Assembly (NCBI GenBank): GCA_039680575.1
Contig: JBDKSP010000089.1
Span: 1-64,000, forward strand
Length of the DNA: 64,000 nucleotides
DNA from: Armatimonadota bacterium
GTDB taxonomy: Bacteria > Armatimonadota > UBA5829 > DTLH01
Direction: 5' to 3'
The position numbers were made by a program, and so were the translations under genes. Shown in pieces: positions 1-10,675 of the stretch. Each line of letters begins with the position of its first letter. Position 1 is the first letter of the stretch. A model generated the notes under the pieces. The model was not told the origin of the DNA, ran no database searches, and worked only from the letters and a program-made list of their open reading frames with translations.

Positions 1-35
1 GCCAATACTGTTAAACTATGCTTCGACGGGTTCAT
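1..35 (-). CDS. 5' end of a gene running off the window (MNPSKHSLTVLA...), possibly UDP-GlcNAc 2-epimerase
   Basis: ATG at 35 on minus strand, open to the edge. The position downstream of wecA/tagO matches the usual glyA-wecA-wecB order. Only about 12 codons are visible. Confidence 0.25.
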   Translation of the reverse strand, partial: MNPSKHSLTVL

Positions 36-251
36 TGTCCATATCCTTTGCTTTTTTGTCGAAACTAAGGATACCGTGAATCCGTCATTCTTTTCAAATC
101 CTCTTATATCTGTGGGACGGTAGTGAATCAAGTTCAGCATGACGTTTTCCTTTTGCTTCGGGACGAAAAGCGGTCCCGAAGCACGAATTTCCACCAATTT
201 CATTCGCGCAATCCGCTAAATCCGCGTAATTCGCGTTTCAAAACCCTACAG

Positions 252-1262
252 CTACTTCAGATACCAGAACATAACCAGTCCCAGTGCGGAGAGCGCCGCT
301 GTCAGGAGATAGATCACCCAGATTGTCTGTTTCTGGCTCAGTCCGCGCTGCAGCAGGCGGTGATGCACGTGGCTCTTGTCCGCTTCGTAGACTTTCGTGC
401 CCCGGACTGCTCTTCTTACGACAACGAAAGCCGTATCGAGAATAGGAATGGCAAGCACAAGGAGCGGGACTGCCATCGCGACGAGCGCAGCCACTTTGAA
501 CGCGCCGATCACTGAAGCAGATGCGAGCACAAACCCCATAAACTGGGCTCCAACCGTCCCCATGAATATTTTTGCCGGAGGATAATTGAACCGGAGAAAC
601 CCCAGGCTGGCTCCGAGGAGAGCGCCGCTCAGGATCATAACCGTAGTAAAGAGCCTGATCCTGTCCGCACTTTGTGCCGTAGGGATGACTACGTTGTGGA
701 TGTCTCCCAGCGCTTGCAGCGACATAACAAGGAATGTTGCTGCTGAGATAGCGCAAATCCCGGCTGCGAGCCCGTCAAGCCCGTCCATCAGATCGACTGT
801 TTTGGTAACTCCGAATATCCAGATGAGTGTTATCGGTATCGCAAGCCAGGGCTTGAACCACCAGAACCCTGGGCCAAACGGCTTGCTGACGTAAGAAATG
901 GTCCCTCCGAAGTAAACCAGCACGACCCCACTAACAAGAATGGCCGCAATTTGGGCGTACGGCGGAAAATCATACTTGTCATCAAACAGTCCGGCGATAG
1001 CTATCACCGTGCCGCCAAAGAGCACACCGAGCAACTGCCGGTCGAACCCTACCCTGGGGTCGATGGCAACCGCGGTGGCGACGGCGATTATGAACGCAGC
1101 ATAGATCGCAATCCCGCCCCATCTCGGAGTCGGCGTTACATGTACCCTGCGCTCGCCGGGTTGGTCGATAACACCGAATTTTATCGCCAGCTTCCGTACC
1201 AGCGGTGTAAACAGAAAGCACCCTGTAAGGGCAACGACGATTGCGATAATCGCACTTCTCAC
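252..1262 (-). CDS. Undecaprenyl-phosphate GlcNAc-1-phosphate transferase (WecA/TagO, MraY-like family)
   Basis: Multi-TM protein; DQPGERRVH..PTPRWGG, GLFDD, DLMDGLDGLAAG, NYPPAKIFMG, HVHHRL motifs. Confidence 0.93.
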   Translation of the reverse strand: MRSAIIAIVVALTGCFLFTPLVRKLAIKFGVIDQPGERRVHVTPTPRWGGIAIYAAFIIAVATAVAIDPRVGFDRQLLGVLFGGTVIAIAGLFDDKYDFPPYAQIAAILVSGVVLVYFGGTISYVSKPFGPGFWWFKPWLAIPITLIWIFGVTKTVDLMDGLDGLAAGICAISAATFLVMSLQALGDIHNVVIPTAQSADRIRLFTTVMILSGALLGASLGFLRFNYPPAKIFMGTVGAQFMGFVLASASVIGAFKVAALVAMAVPLLVLAIPILDTAFVVVRRAVRGTKVYEADKSHVHHRLLQRGLSQKQTIWVIYLLTAALSALGLVMFWYLK

Positions 1263-1732
1263 TAAATATCCTCGGAATCTAATACAAACCGGACCATTTC
1301 GATTTCAGCCTGTCCCAGCATCTCCAGTGCGAAATCGTCCGGGTAATCGCCCTGAAATACTACGCGCTTGACACCGGAGTTTATAATCGCCTTCGCGCAC
1401 AGACTGCATGGCTGATGCGTGCAGTAGAGTGTAGAACCCTTCGTCGATACGCCATAGAGCGCAGCCTGCATAATGGCGTTTTGCTCGGCGTGGAGCGCCC
1501 GGCACAGCTCATGCCTGGTGCCGGACTCGATTCCAAGCTCGTCACGCATACATCCAAGTTCAAAGCAATGCGGCAATCCGCTCGGTGCGCCATTGTAACC
1601 GGTCGTGAGTATTCGTTTATCTTTAACGACGATAGCCCCGATCTGTCTCCTAATGCATGTCGAGCGCTTGGCTACCACATGGGCGATTTCCATAAAATAT
1701 TCGTCCCAATCTGGCCGCCTGCGCTCCGTCAA
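1262..1732 (-). CDS. dCMP deaminase / ComEB family
   Basis: [24 protein letters not shown], PCxxC zinc motifs. Confidence 0.93.
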   Translation of the reverse strand: MTERRRPDWDEYFMEIAHVVAKRSTCIRRQIGAIVVKDKRILTTGYNGAPSGLPHCFELGCMRDELGIESGTRHELCRALHAEQNAIMQAALYGVSTKGSTLYCTHQPCSLCAKAIINSGVKRVVFQGDYPDDFALEMLGQAEIEMVRFVLDSEDI

Positions 1733-2976
1733 TTCGCGCCTCCATAGATCGGGAATGCGTCGCAGAGTTCCTTGACGCGCGACTTGATCGAATTTTTAGT
1801 CGCTTCGCTTTCGGGATCGGAAAGTGCTGTCGTTATGAGGCCGGCGATGGTCTCCATCTCCGGTTCTTTCATACCTCTTGTGGTTATTGCTGGTGTCCCA
1901 ATCCTGATTCCGCTTGTGACGAACGGTTTCTCCTTGTCAAAGGGGATCATGTTCTTGTTTACTACAATGCCGACATCTTCAAGCACTGCCTGAGCCTTTT
2001 TACCAGTCATCTGCTTTGCGGTAAGGTCGATCAGCATCAGGTGGGTGTCCGTTCCGCCTGAAACGAGCCTGAATCCTTCAGCAGCAAGCCTAGTTGCCAG
2101 CGTCGAGGCATTCCGTATGATCTGGTTCTGATAATCCTTGAACTCAGGGGACATTGCCTCTTTATAACATACGGCTTTTGCCGCGATTATGTGCTCCAGC
2201 GGCCCGCCCTGCATACCTGGGAAGACTGTTTTATCGATAATCTCCGCGAATTCCTTCCTGCAAAGGATCATTCCGGCGCGCGGACCTCTCAATGTCTTGT
2301 GGGTGGTGCTCGTGACGATGTCCGCGTGTGGTACCGGCGAAGGATGCGCTCCTGTCGCTACCATTCCAGCGATGTGCGCCATATCGACCATAAATACTGC
2401 GCCGACCTCGTCCGCGATGCTCCTCATTTCGGCAAAGTCGATAATCCTTGGATACACGGATGCGCCGGTGACAAGTATTTTCGGCTTGCACTCCTTCGCA
2501 ATCTGCCTGATATGGTCGTAATTCAACACTTCCGTGTCCTGATCGACTCCGTAGTGGACTGCATTATAGAGCCTGCCGGAGAAGTTCACGGGACTGCCGT
2601 GAGTCAGGTGTCCGCCGTGCGCCAGATCAAGCGCAAGGAAGGTATCTCCCGGCTTCATAACCGCGAAGTAGGCTGCCATGTTTGCGATGGCGCCGGAGTG
2701 AGGCTGGACATTCGCATGTTCGGCTTTGTACAGCTCTTTCGCGCGCTCGATAGCAAGCGTTTCTATCACATCGACAAACTCACATCCGCCGTAATAACGC
2801 TTTCCCGGGTAGCCCTCGGCATATTTATTGGTCAAAACCGAACCCTGTGCCTGCAGGATAGCCCGGCTGACATAGTTTTCGGATGCGATCAGCACGAGCT
2901 TTTCATGCTGCCGTTTCTCTTCGAGCTTGATTGCTTCGGCGACTTCAGGGTCTACTTCCGAAAGAGGAAGCTCCAT
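1729..2976 (-). CDS. glyA: Serine hydroxymethyltransferase
   Basis: [42 protein letters not shown] motif. Start placed at ATG 2976 (MELPL). Confidence 0.97.
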   Translation of the reverse strand: MELPLSEVDPEVAEAIKLEEKRQHEKLVLIASENYVSRAILQAQGSVLTNKYAEGYPGKRYYGGCEFVDVIETLAIERAKELYKAEHANVQPHSGAIANMAAYFAVMKPGDTFLALDLAHGGHLTHGSPVNFSGRLYNAVHYGVDQDTEVLNYDHIRQIAKECKPKILVTGASVYPRIIDFAEMRSIADEVGAVFMVDMAHIAGMVATGAHPSPVPHADIVTSTTHKTLRGPRAGMILCRKEFAEIIDKTVFPGMQGGPLEHIIAAKAVCYKEAMSPEFKDYQNQIIRNASTLATRLAAEGFRLVSGGTDTHLMLIDLTAKQMTGKKAQAVLEDVGIVVNKNMIPFDKEKPFVTSGIRIGTPAITTRGMKEPEMETIAGLITTALSDPESEATKNSIKSRVKELCDAFPIYGGAN

Positions 2977-3069
2977 TGTACCACCAATCCGTATATCTAC
3001 AGCACCCACTTGTTGATCCTCCTTGGAGCACATCCGTATCGGACGCGCCCATTGCTCCTGAACTGCTGC

Positions 3070-3501
3070 TTATTGTTCGATCTTGTTGACGCGGTCTATG
3101 TGGCGCGGCTCTGTCGAAAAATCGGTCTCAAGCCATACATGCACTATATTTTTCGCAAGCTCCGGCCCGATAACCCGGCCTCCGAGCGTAAGCACGTTGG
3201 TATTGTTGTGTTCCCTTGACAGTCTGGCCGTGTATTCATCCGATGCGAGAACAGCCCTGATCCCACGGACTTTGTTGGCTGTTATGCACATCCCGACGCC
3301 TGTTCCGCAGATAAGGATGCCACGGTCATATTCGCCCGAAGCTACGGCTTCCGAGACTTCGCGCGCTATATCGGGATAATCGACGGACTTCTTCGAGTGG
3401 GTCCCGAAGTCCCGATATTCATAGTTTTCCGACCTGAGTGCGTCAAGGATTTCATGCTTCAGGTCGTAACCACCGTGATCGGAGCCGACAGCTATCTTCA
3501 T
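3070..3501 (-). CDS. rpiB: Ribose-5-phosphate isomerase B
   Basis: GSDHGG, DYPD, CGTGVG, ANKVRGIRA, HNNTN motifs. Confidence 0.96.
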   Translation of the reverse strand: MKIAVGSDHGGYDLKHEILDALRSENYEYRDFGTHSKKSVDYPDIAREVSEAVASGEYDRGILICGTGVGMCITANKVRGIRAVLASDEYTARLSREHNNTNVLTLGGRVIGPELAKNIVHVWLETDFSTEPRHIDRVNKIEQ

Positions 3502-3593
3502 TATCTACGTAATCCTTACAAATGTGGTTTCCCGGCGGCTTGTGCCGGCGCAATTATACCGCTCTGAGCAGACCAATGTAAAGCGAATGGGCA

Positions 3594-3723
3594 GAGTTCA
3601 GAGTTGATGAGTATAACATCATACTGAACCACCACAACGTCATTCCGAGCTTGACTCGGAATCCAGGAAAAGAATGGACCCTGAATCAAGTTCAGGGTGA
3701 CGTGCTGGTTATTCAGGGTGATA
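3594..3723. repeat. REP/MITE-like family B copy (CGTCATTCCGAGCTTGACTCGGAATCCAG...GGACCCTGAATCAAGTTCAGGGTGACG)
   Basis: Double palindrome; related copies at about 13205-13345, 29450-29578 and a half copy at 124-144. Confidence 0.85.
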
Positions 3724-3925
3724 TATAATTCCTGCAAGAGTGAACTATTACAGCGAATGGACAGAGTAGCTGCCGGATTTAGAACCGCGGAGACACGGAA
3801 TGGATAAAGACTCGGAAGGTGGAGATTTACAGCAACTTCCACAAGACTCTCAACTTCTCACTAATCCCCTTTTTCGCATCTTCCGTGCTTCTTCGCGTAA
3901 TTCACGGTTCAAAATAAACAGACCG

Positions 3926-4594
3926 TTACTTCTTCCTTGTAAGCATCCTGCGAGTAATGTTGCGTGTGCTGCGGCCTATGTTTTTTGCAAGCTCTTCGTA
4001 GGGCAAAGGGGTGTTAAGCCGGTCTATTTCCTCGGGGCGAAGCTGGTCCGGCGCATGTTTACGCTTTAACATCAAAACCGCGTAGTGGTCGCCGTCGATA
4101 AATTGCCGGAACAGGAAGTTGATTAGCGGGTTCAGCCCGTGACCACGCATTACGCAGGCAGCAAAATCTACCACCTTTGGTTTACCGTCACTCGTAACCA
4201 TCACATTACCGGAGCTCCTCAAATCACAGTGGGTGACGCCTAGTGAATGCACAGCATCCATAATATCGACCAGCTCATCGAAAAAACCTTCAGGGATGTC
4301 TCCTTTGAAGTCCCTGAGAGCGGTCCCATCGATATGTTCGATGACCATGGCGTACCGGTCGATCCGCTGGAACAATCTGGGCACACCTTCGACGCCGTCC
4401 ATCCTGGCGAGTGCTGCGCTCTCACGCCGGATCAGGAGTGGACCGACGATAGCTTTAAACAAAAGGTCACTTCGTCGAAAATCCTTTACCACAAAGCGGC
4501 GGTTTTCAATTTCCACCACTCTAACGTCGGGACGTGTCCCTCCAGCGGTCCTAAGGAATGCAACAGTGTGATTTTCTATCTCTTTTCGGGTCAT
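3926..4594 (-). CDS. Kinase-like protein (RIO/Kdo-WaaP-like fold)
   Basis: VVKDF Lys, RRE, GVTHCDLRSSGNV catalytic loop, VDF. Confidence 0.75.
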   Translation of the reverse strand: MTRKEIENHTVAFLRTAGGTRPDVRVVEIENRRFVVKDFRRSDLLFKAIVGPLLIRRESAALARMDGVEGVPRLFQRIDRYAMVIEHIDGTALRDFKGDIPEGFFDELVDIMDAVHSLGVTHCDLRSSGNVMVTSDGKPKVVDFAACVMRGHGLNPLINFLFRQFIDGDHYAVLMLKRKHAPDQLRPEEIDRLNTPLPYEELAKNIGRSTRNITRRMLTRKK

Positions 4595-4643
4595 TGGAAG
4601 TGCCTGCGCCGGGTATTCCCGGCACGTCTCGAGGAATTAATAA

Positions 4644-5624
4644 TCAAAACATCTGGTTTACGAGCTTCCGAGCATCGCTGTCTTTCGCCGTAACATAAAC
4701 GCTATCATTGTTCGGGAGGATCGCCGTTCGGATTGATTCCTTGGGCAGCGTTTTGATAAATTTAGCTACGGTCATCAACTGCGCATCGCTCATCGAGCTG
4801 TTTACACCGCTTCGGAGCGTGTCTATCAGCTCCGGCAGGTGCAGGAAGACAGACTTGGACATGATTTTACCCTTAGCTGCCATAAGAAACTGATGCTGTC
4901 GTGCGATCCGCTGCTGATCGGTAACGCTGTGTCCGTCATTCGACTTTCGGAACCGCACGAACCCCAGGGCTTCTCTGCCGTCCAGAACCTGGGTCCCAGG
5001 TTTAAGATGGATGTGGAGATTCCCCCAGTTGTCGTCGTAGTCCATTTGTTTGTCTACAGCGACCTGCAGGCCGCCGAGCGCATCTATCGCCTTTTCGAAG
5101 CTCTTGTAGTCTACTACTATGTATTCTTCGGGTTTGATATCCAGGAAATTTTCGATAGTCTCCATGCAGAGTTCAGGGCCGCCGAACGCATGGGCTGCGT
5201 TTATCTTGTGCTTTCCTCGATAGCCGGGAATCCGAACGCGTGTGTCTCTCGGAATGGAGAGGATGTTTGCTGTCTGGTCTTTGAAGTCGAGCCGGACAAG
5301 CAAAATTGTGTCTGTGCGGCCGTTTGTTTTAAGCACTCTTGCATGGTTGTCGAGATCGACATCCTTGCCGAGGAAAAGCAGGGTAATGTTGTCTTTCCCG
5401 GGGAACGATTTATCAGGCTGCCACATACCTGTACGCCAGTCATGGACTATCTGGCGCACGGTCTGGCTGCCAAAATACATATATCCTACCACCGTGCCTA
5501 GGCCAAGTGAGAAAACAAGAAATAATCCTAAAAAGATTCTCCATACCCAACGAACAGTCCGTCGCCGCCGGACGGGTCTCCTGGACACAGGCCTTCTCGA
5601 CACGGTACGCATGCGCTGTTCCAT
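4644..5624 (-). CDS. LytR-CpsA-Psr (LCP) family protein
   Basis: Arg-rich N-terminus plus TM; GRTDTILL, LSIPRDT, KINAA, RFR, RIARQ. Confidence 0.93.
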   Translation of the reverse strand: MEQRMRTVSRRPVSRRPVRRRRTVRWVWRIFLGLFLVFSLGLGTVVGYMYFGSQTVRQIVHDWRTGMWQPDKSFPGKDNITLLFLGKDVDLDNHARVLKTNGRTDTILLVRLDFKDQTANILSIPRDTRVRIPGYRGKHKINAAHAFGGPELCMETIENFLDIKPEEYIVVDYKSFEKAIDALGGLQVAVDKQMDYDDNWGNLHIHLKPGTQVLDGREALGFVRFRKSNDGHSVTDQQRIARQHQFLMAAKGKIMSKSVFLHLPELIDTLRSGVNSSMSDAQLMTVAKFIKTLPKESIRTAILPNNDSVYVTAKDSDARKLVNQMF

Positions 5625-5816
5625 CAGTCTTTCAAGAATCCTCCAAAACTACAAGTCTCAGTCAAAGCACACTCACCTGCTTCGTAGTGAGCTTTCATAA
5701 GTATAGTGTCGTGGCAAGGCGACTGTCAACCGAGTAAGCACGGCTTTTTGCTCCAATTGTCCCGAAAACGAAACCTTGCCACTCAGCCATAAATCCCCTA
5801 ATATGGAGTTATTAAA

Positions 5817-5873
5817 GAGTTTCGGCTGAAATGACATTTATTGCTCGCTGCATCAATTACCAAAACTCATTAG
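5817..5873 (+). repeat. Partial family A element (second hairpin plus ACTCATTAG end)
   Basis: GAGTTTCGG...CCAAAACTC ATTAG, similar to the end of the 15409-15475 copy. Confidence 0.45.
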
Positions 5874-5892
5874 TAGTAACAGAGGAAGTTTT

Positions 5893-7842
5893 ATGAAGAG
5901 AGTTCACGATTTATCTCAACTAGACTGGAAACTTACGGGGTGGGTGCCTGAGCTTTGGCGGACTACTGCCAGCGAACAGCTCACCAATGGATCGAGTGCC
6001 GAAATAACAGCCGTACCGGCCAAGGTGCCGGGATCGGTGCAATACAGCCTCCGCGAGGCCGGAGTAATCCCTGACTGGAACATAGGGCTCAACTACCGCC
6101 TGTGCGAATGGGTCGAAAACCGCCACTGGATTTACGAGGCACAGCTACCCGATGCATGGATCGAGCCAGGAAAGATGTTCATACTTAACTGCCAGGGGCT
6201 GGACTACTGCGGCGAAGTCTACCTGAACGGCAAACTGGTGTCCGGCTTCTGCGGGACCCATGTACCGCATGTCTTCGATCTGACAGAGCACCTTGAACCG
6301 AGCGGAAACGTGCTTCGGATCTTCTTCGATCTCTCCCCGCGCTGGCTGGGACAGTTCGGGTGCACTTCCAAGATGGACAAGTGGAAACCGCGCTTCAATT
6401 ATTTCTGGGACTGGACCGCGCGGCTTGTCCAGATCGGTATCTGGGACGATATCTCCCTCGAAGTTACCGATGGAGAGAAAATCGACTCATTCCGCTGCTG
6501 GACAGAGACGGACGCAGCCGCGCAGAAGGGCAAAGTCGTCGCGCTGGGCAAAGTGACCGCCGGTACCGGCGCAACGGTAAAAATTTCCATCGCTAGAGAC
6601 GGAAAAACAGTTGCGGAGAAGTCTGTCCCGGCAGCTTCCTTCAATGAAGCGGGAATGACGCTCGATGCAAGCCCGGTCGAGCTCTGGTGGCCGAACCTGG
6701 CAGGTGAGCAGCCGCTTTACGAGCTGAAACTTCAGCTTCTGGACGGAAGCGGCAAGGAAATCGACTCGACCGGGAAGCGCGTAGGGTTCAGAGAGATCAA
6801 ATGGGAGCAGTGCGAAGGTTCATGTCCCGATTCCGACCCGTGGATCTGCGTGGTGAACGGCAAGAAGGTGTTCATGCAGGGCGCGAACTGGACTCCCATC
6901 CGCCCGAACTTCGCCGATCTCACCGAAGCGGACTACCGGAAGCGGCTGGAACTCTACAAAGACCTCGGCGCGAACACTTTCCGCGTTTGGGGCGGCGCTT
7001 CTCTTGAAAAAGAGTGGTTCTACGACATCTGCGATGAGCTCGGCCTGATGGTATGGCAGGAGTTCCCGCTCTCCTCATCTACCATGGACTGCATACCGCC
7101 CAAAGATGAGAAATCCATAAGTGAGATGGCCGAAATCGGCAAGTCTTACGTGGAGCGCAGACAGCATCATGCGTCGCTCATCATCTGGTGCGGAGGAAAC
7201 GAGCTTCTGAACACCACAGACTGGGTACCGGCGGATACGAGCCACCCGATGCTCGCGCGTCTGGAGAAAGTGGTCGAAGGACTCGACCCGACGCGAAGGT
7301 ATCTGGCGACATCTCCCAGCGGACCGAGAGCAGGATTTGATGCTGCTAACGCCGGAAAAGGTCTCCACTGGGACGTTCACGGACCATGGAAGTGCGAAAG
7401 CGACATAGAGCCCGAATGGTTGGATTACTGGATCTCGGACGATTCTCTTATTCGCTCCGAGACCGGTTCGCCCGGCGCAAGCTCAGCGGAGATCATCAGA
7501 AGCACCGCCGGCGAATGCGATGTAATGCCGCCTGTAGCCACAAACCCGATCTGGCGGAGGCACATGGACTGGTGGATCGAGGAAAAACAGTTCGTCAAAG
7601 AGAAAGGCCGCAAGCCCGAAACTCTGGAAGAATACGTAGAGTGGAGCCAGGCAAGGCAGGCCAAGTGCCTTACCATCGCGCTCATGTCCGCGAAGATCCG
7701 GTTCCCGCGCTGCGGAGGGATGATCTTCTGGATGGGGCACGATTGCTTCCCCTGCGCCGCGAATACGTCGATAATCGACTTCAACGGCGACCCGAAACCC
7801 GCCGCGCTCGCCGTCAAGGCAATCTGGCATAACAACAGCTGA
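5893..7842 (+). CDS. Glycoside hydrolase family 2 (beta-mannosidase-like)
   Basis: VPGSV, WDW..R....GIW, LWWPN, GANW.P, RVWGG, CDELGLMVWQEF, WCGGNE. Confidence 0.9.
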   Translation: MKRVHDLSQLDWKLTGWVPELWRTTASEQLTNGSSAEITAVPAKVPGSVQYSLREAGVIPDWNIGLNYRLCEWVENRHWIYEAQLPDAWIEPGKMFILNCQGLDYCGEVYLNGKLVSGFCGTHVPHVFDLTEHLEPSGNVLRIFFDLSPRWLGQFGCTSKMDKWKPRFNYFWDWTARLVQIGIWDDISLEVTDGEKIDSFRCWTETDAAAQKGKVVALGKVTAGTGATVKISIARDGKTVAEKSVPAASFNEAGMTLDASPVELWWPNLAGEQPLYELKLQLLDGSGKEIDSTGKRVGFREIKWEQCEGSCPDSDPWICVVNGKKVFMQGANWTPIRPNFADLTEADYRKRLELYKDLGANTFRVWGGASLEKEWFYDICDELGLMVWQEFPLSSSTMDCIPPKDEKSISEMAEIGKSYVERRQHHASLIIWCGGNELLNTTDWVPADTSHPMLARLEKVVEGLDPTRRYLATSPSGPRAGFDAANAGKGLHWDVHGPWKCESDIEPEWLDYWISDDSLIRSETGSPGASSAEIIRSTAGECDVMPPVATNPIWRRHMDWWIEEKQFVKEKGRKPETLEEYVEWSQARQAKCLTIALMSAKIRFPRCGGMIFWMGHDCFPCAANTSIIDFNGDPKPAALAVKAIWHNNS

Positions 7843-7879
7843 TTAAGCTGTCAGCTTTCAACTATCAACAGTCAGTAAC

Positions 7880-7913
7880 GAGCCTTCGGTTGTCGGAAGA
7901 TGCCGGAGGCTGG
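7880..7913. terminator. Hairpin (terminator-like), duplicated at 9689-9723
   Basis: AGCCTTCGG-ttgtcggaagatg-CCGGAGGCT followed by GGTTTTGTTT. Confidence 0.55.
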
Positions 7914-7974
7914 TTTTGTTTAGCTCAGTGTTCCGATAGCCGGTGAAGGAATCGGCGCGCTTTTCCGATAAGAT

Positions 7975-9681
7975 GTGTACAAGACTAAAATCGGAGCGCA
8001 GACATTGCAAAAAACATTTTTGAAACTTACACTTTGCCTGATGGCTTTTGCTTTTATCAGCCCGACCCGTGCCGTAGACGTCCAGGTGGAGAAACTCGGG
8101 ACTATCCCCATCTTCGTGCTTACTACCCCGAATGACTACAAGGACTGGCCGCGGCAGAATATGCAGGAATTAGTCGAGCACGATATTTCGACTGACTTTG
8201 CTTTATGCACAAGGTCGCCTTACGACCGGCATGTTGGCGCAGTAGCCCTAAAAATGGACGGTAAATGCTGCGTGTGGCTGGATGGTAAGGAAGGATCAGA
8301 ATACGACCAGGTGCGCAGCATCGTAAAGGGTGCATACAGGAGCCAGGATTTCGAATTCAGCCCGGACGGAAGCCGCCTGGCCTACACAGCCAGAAAAGGC
8401 AGTAAGTGGGTGATAGTCACTGACGGCAAAGAAAGCGCCGCGTTCGACGGCGTGAGAGAGCCATATTTCTCGGCTGACAGCAAGCATACATGCTATGTCG
8501 GCTTCAGAGGAAAAAATTGCATTCCGGTACTCGACGGCAAAGAACTCGGAAATTACCCCGGCATAAAGATGAGTTTTCCTTATTTCACCGCAAGAACCCC
8601 GGTCCGCAAAATAGATACAATGTATTGCCCCGGAATATTCGGCGCAAACGGGAGATTTGCTTTTGTCGTATTGAACGGCTGCGACAGGGAAGCGGCGGTC
8701 ATCGATGGCAAGAAAACTGCGGAATATGAGAAGATTGCAGGGATAGAATTCAGCCCTGACGGCAAGCATACGGCGCTCGCTGTCCGAAAAGGCGGCAAAA
8801 TGTTCGTTTTTCTGGACGGCAAGGCCGGGCCGAAGTATGACGAAGTGGACGGTATATTCACATTCAGCCCCGACAGCAAGCGGTTGGCCTATGTCGCTAC
8901 CAATTATGACGCTAATTCCGATCCTATAACATTCGTAGTGATTGATGGAAAACCGGGGCCTAAATTCAAAGATCTTTTCAGCCTCAGCATCGCATTCAGC
9001 CCGGACTGCAGGCATTTTTCGTATATCGCCGAATGCGGAGAAGAAAAATACTGCCTGGTCGAGGATGGCAAGCCCGGCAAGGCGTATGATGAAGTCGGAG
9101 GAAACACCGCAAGCGCGTTCCAGGTATACGGGCTGGACGGCAAGCTGTACTACTGCACCAGAAATGATGACAAATACCGGATGGTGGTCGATGGCGTTCC
9201 TTCCAGGGCCTATGACTACATAGCAAACCCCATCCCAGTCCTTAGCCGGGACGGGAAACACTATGCGTTTGCTGCGCAGGACGGCGACAACTGGCTCGTC
9301 GTGAAAGACGGTGTAGAAGGCCCGATTTATTCCGGTATCGACCACGAAACGATAGCTATTACGGGTAACAACAAGCTATCGTATACTGCACAGAAACCGG
9401 GCTCCTCCTACAGAGTAGCAGTCGTCGACGGCAGGGAACTGCCAGGCACTTCTCATGTAACTTTCAGCGCGGATGGAACGCAGATGGCCTGTACAAAAAC
9501 CGTCGATGATTGGAAGAACCCTGTATTGGCAGTGTTTAACGGGCAGGAAATCGGCAGGTTTATGGCTGTCTTGAACATGTCCTATGATGAAAATAACACG
9601 CTGACCTTCCTCGCAGTCCGCGACAACAGCCAGGAAGACAAACTGCCAAAAGATCTATACCGGGTGCGGGTCACTCCCTAG
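7975..9681 (+). CDS. Secreted TolB/PD40-like beta-propeller repeat protein
   Basis: Signal peptide; repeated FSPDGKH/R..Y...VVIDGK.G..YD units of about 45 aa. Confidence 0.8.
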   Translation: MYKTKIGAQTLQKTFLKLTLCLMAFAFISPTRAVDVQVEKLGTIPIFVLTTPNDYKDWPRQNMQELVEHDISTDFALCTRSPYDRHVGAVALKMDGKCCVWLDGKEGSEYDQVRSIVKGAYRSQDFEFSPDGSRLAYTARKGSKWVIVTDGKESAAFDGVREPYFSADSKHTCYVGFRGKNCIPVLDGKELGNYPGIKMSFPYFTARTPVRKIDTMYCPGIFGANGRFAFVVLNGCDREAAVIDGKKTAEYEKIAGIEFSPDGKHTALAVRKGGKMFVFLDGKAGPKYDEVDGIFTFSPDSKRLAYVATNYDANSDPITFVVIDGKPGPKFKDLFSLSIAFSPDCRHFSYIAECGEEKYCLVEDGKPGKAYDEVGGNTASAFQVYGLDGKLYYCTRNDDKYRMVVDGVPSRAYDYIANPIPVLSRDGKHYAFAAQDGDNWLVVKDGVEGPIYSGIDHETIAITGNNKLSYTAQKPGSSYRVAVVDGRELPGTSHVTFSADGTQMACTKTVDDWKNPVLAVFNGQEIGRFMAVLNMSYDENNTLTFLAVRDNSQEDKLPKDLYRVRVTP

Positions 9682-9688
9682 AATTAGA

Positions 9689-9723
9689 CCAGCCTCCGGT
9701 TATCGAAAGATGCCGGAGGCTGG
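9689..9723. terminator. Hairpin between convergent genes, duplicate of 7880-7913
   Basis: CCAGCCTCCGG-ttatcgaaagatg-CCGGAGGCTGG. Confidence 0.6.
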
Positions 9724-9759
9724 AGCTTACTATTTGGACTACAGCAAAGCGTTTAGGAG

Positions 9760-10185
9760 TTACGTCGAACGTAGACGATAACCCAGAACCTTTCCATCAC
9801 CCGTCACAAAAACATATCCCATCCAACCAGTGAACCCTTGTTCATAATATAATACCTGTGAGGTTCTTTTGGGAATACTCATGGTCGCGTAACTGTCTTT
9901 TGATACTTGCAGAGCTTCCCTGGGAGACATTATCAGATCTGGTTTTCCCATCCAACGTATGACATAGGCTTTAGTGCAACCAGGCTGGCTGACTAACTGC
10001 AGCGTTGATACCCATGATTGCTGTCTGTTAAGTGCGAGTAGCTGCAGTTGCAATCCTATACAGAACAGGACCACTACTATAAGCCCAATAATTAGTACTT
10101 TATCAGTTAGGTGATTTCTGCTGCTCATAATAGATATCCCTCCAAATCCATCACACTGCACTGTCAAGTATGCAAGTCTATTCAT
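9760..10185 (-). CDS. Hypothetical membrane-anchored protein (SmpA/BamE-like motif)
   Basis: TM segment then PGCTKAYVIRWMGKPD...YYE...FVTGDGKV; AT-richer than flanks; start may be the internal MSSRN. Confidence 0.55.
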   Translation of the reverse strand: MNRLAYLTVQCDGFGGISIMSSRNHLTDKVLIIGLIVVVLFCIGLQLQLLALNRQQSWVSTLQLVSQPGCTKAYVIRWMGKPDLIMSPREALQVSKDSYATMSIPKRTSQVLYYEQGFTGWMGYVFVTGDGKVLGYRLRST

Positions 10186-10252
10186 TATAGCTTTTCACAT
10201 ACTTCAGCGCACTCTTGGGAGTGTGGTATGTCTTCATATGGAGCTTAGAACT

Positions 10253-10675
10253 TCAGTTGTTTGCTAGCTTGGCACTGCGGACCCTGCCTTGTGAGTTGAA
10301 TTCTATTGCTAAAACCTCAGCATCTCCCCACCCGTCCGGGTGGAGAAAGTAATGGTAATATCCACCCAAATCTGACTCCGGCTTACCGAGCAATCGACGG
10401 ACATCCTGTCTGGACATCCCACTCAGTATGCCTTTTTTCAGCAAATCGCCGACCATCCGGCTTCTCACATACGGCTTCGAGTATATTTTGGATGTATCTT
10501 TCCAGATTACCGGATCGAAACGGGCGTCCGCGCTCCTCACATGCCTTATGACCCTTCTGACTACGGCTCTCCCGATGTTCGTTTTATACACTCCGAACAC
10601 CGACACCAGGAAAAGCAGCAATATTATCAACAGCCACCAGCGAGAGCCTTTAGTCTTTGCCATACACTCGTTCAC
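10253..10675 (-). CDS. Hypothetical membrane-anchored protein, SmpA/BamE-like domain
   Basis: TM; RSRMVGDL..GMSRQDVRRLLGKP...LAIEFNSQGRV. Confidence 0.65.
   Translation of the reverse strand: MNECMAKTKGSRWWLLIILLLFLVSVFGVYKTNIGRAVVRRVIRHVRSADARFDPVIWKDTSKIYSKPYVRSRMVGDLLKKGILSGMSRQDVRRLLGKPESDLGGYYHYFLHPDGWGDAEVLAIEFNSQGRVRSAKLANN

Noticed and set aside
2191..3219. Long antisense ORFs (also 8296..9345, 38743..39957, 43354..44316, 51873..52811, 60401..61282)
   Set aside because: Shadow frames opposite well-supported genes, with no recognisable motifs
3516..3842. ORF-track proteins 3516..3842 and 29463..30218 sharing ...NDVV...DVILINSEL
   Set aside because: The similarity derives from the family B DNA repeat, and the second ORF is antisense to a real gene
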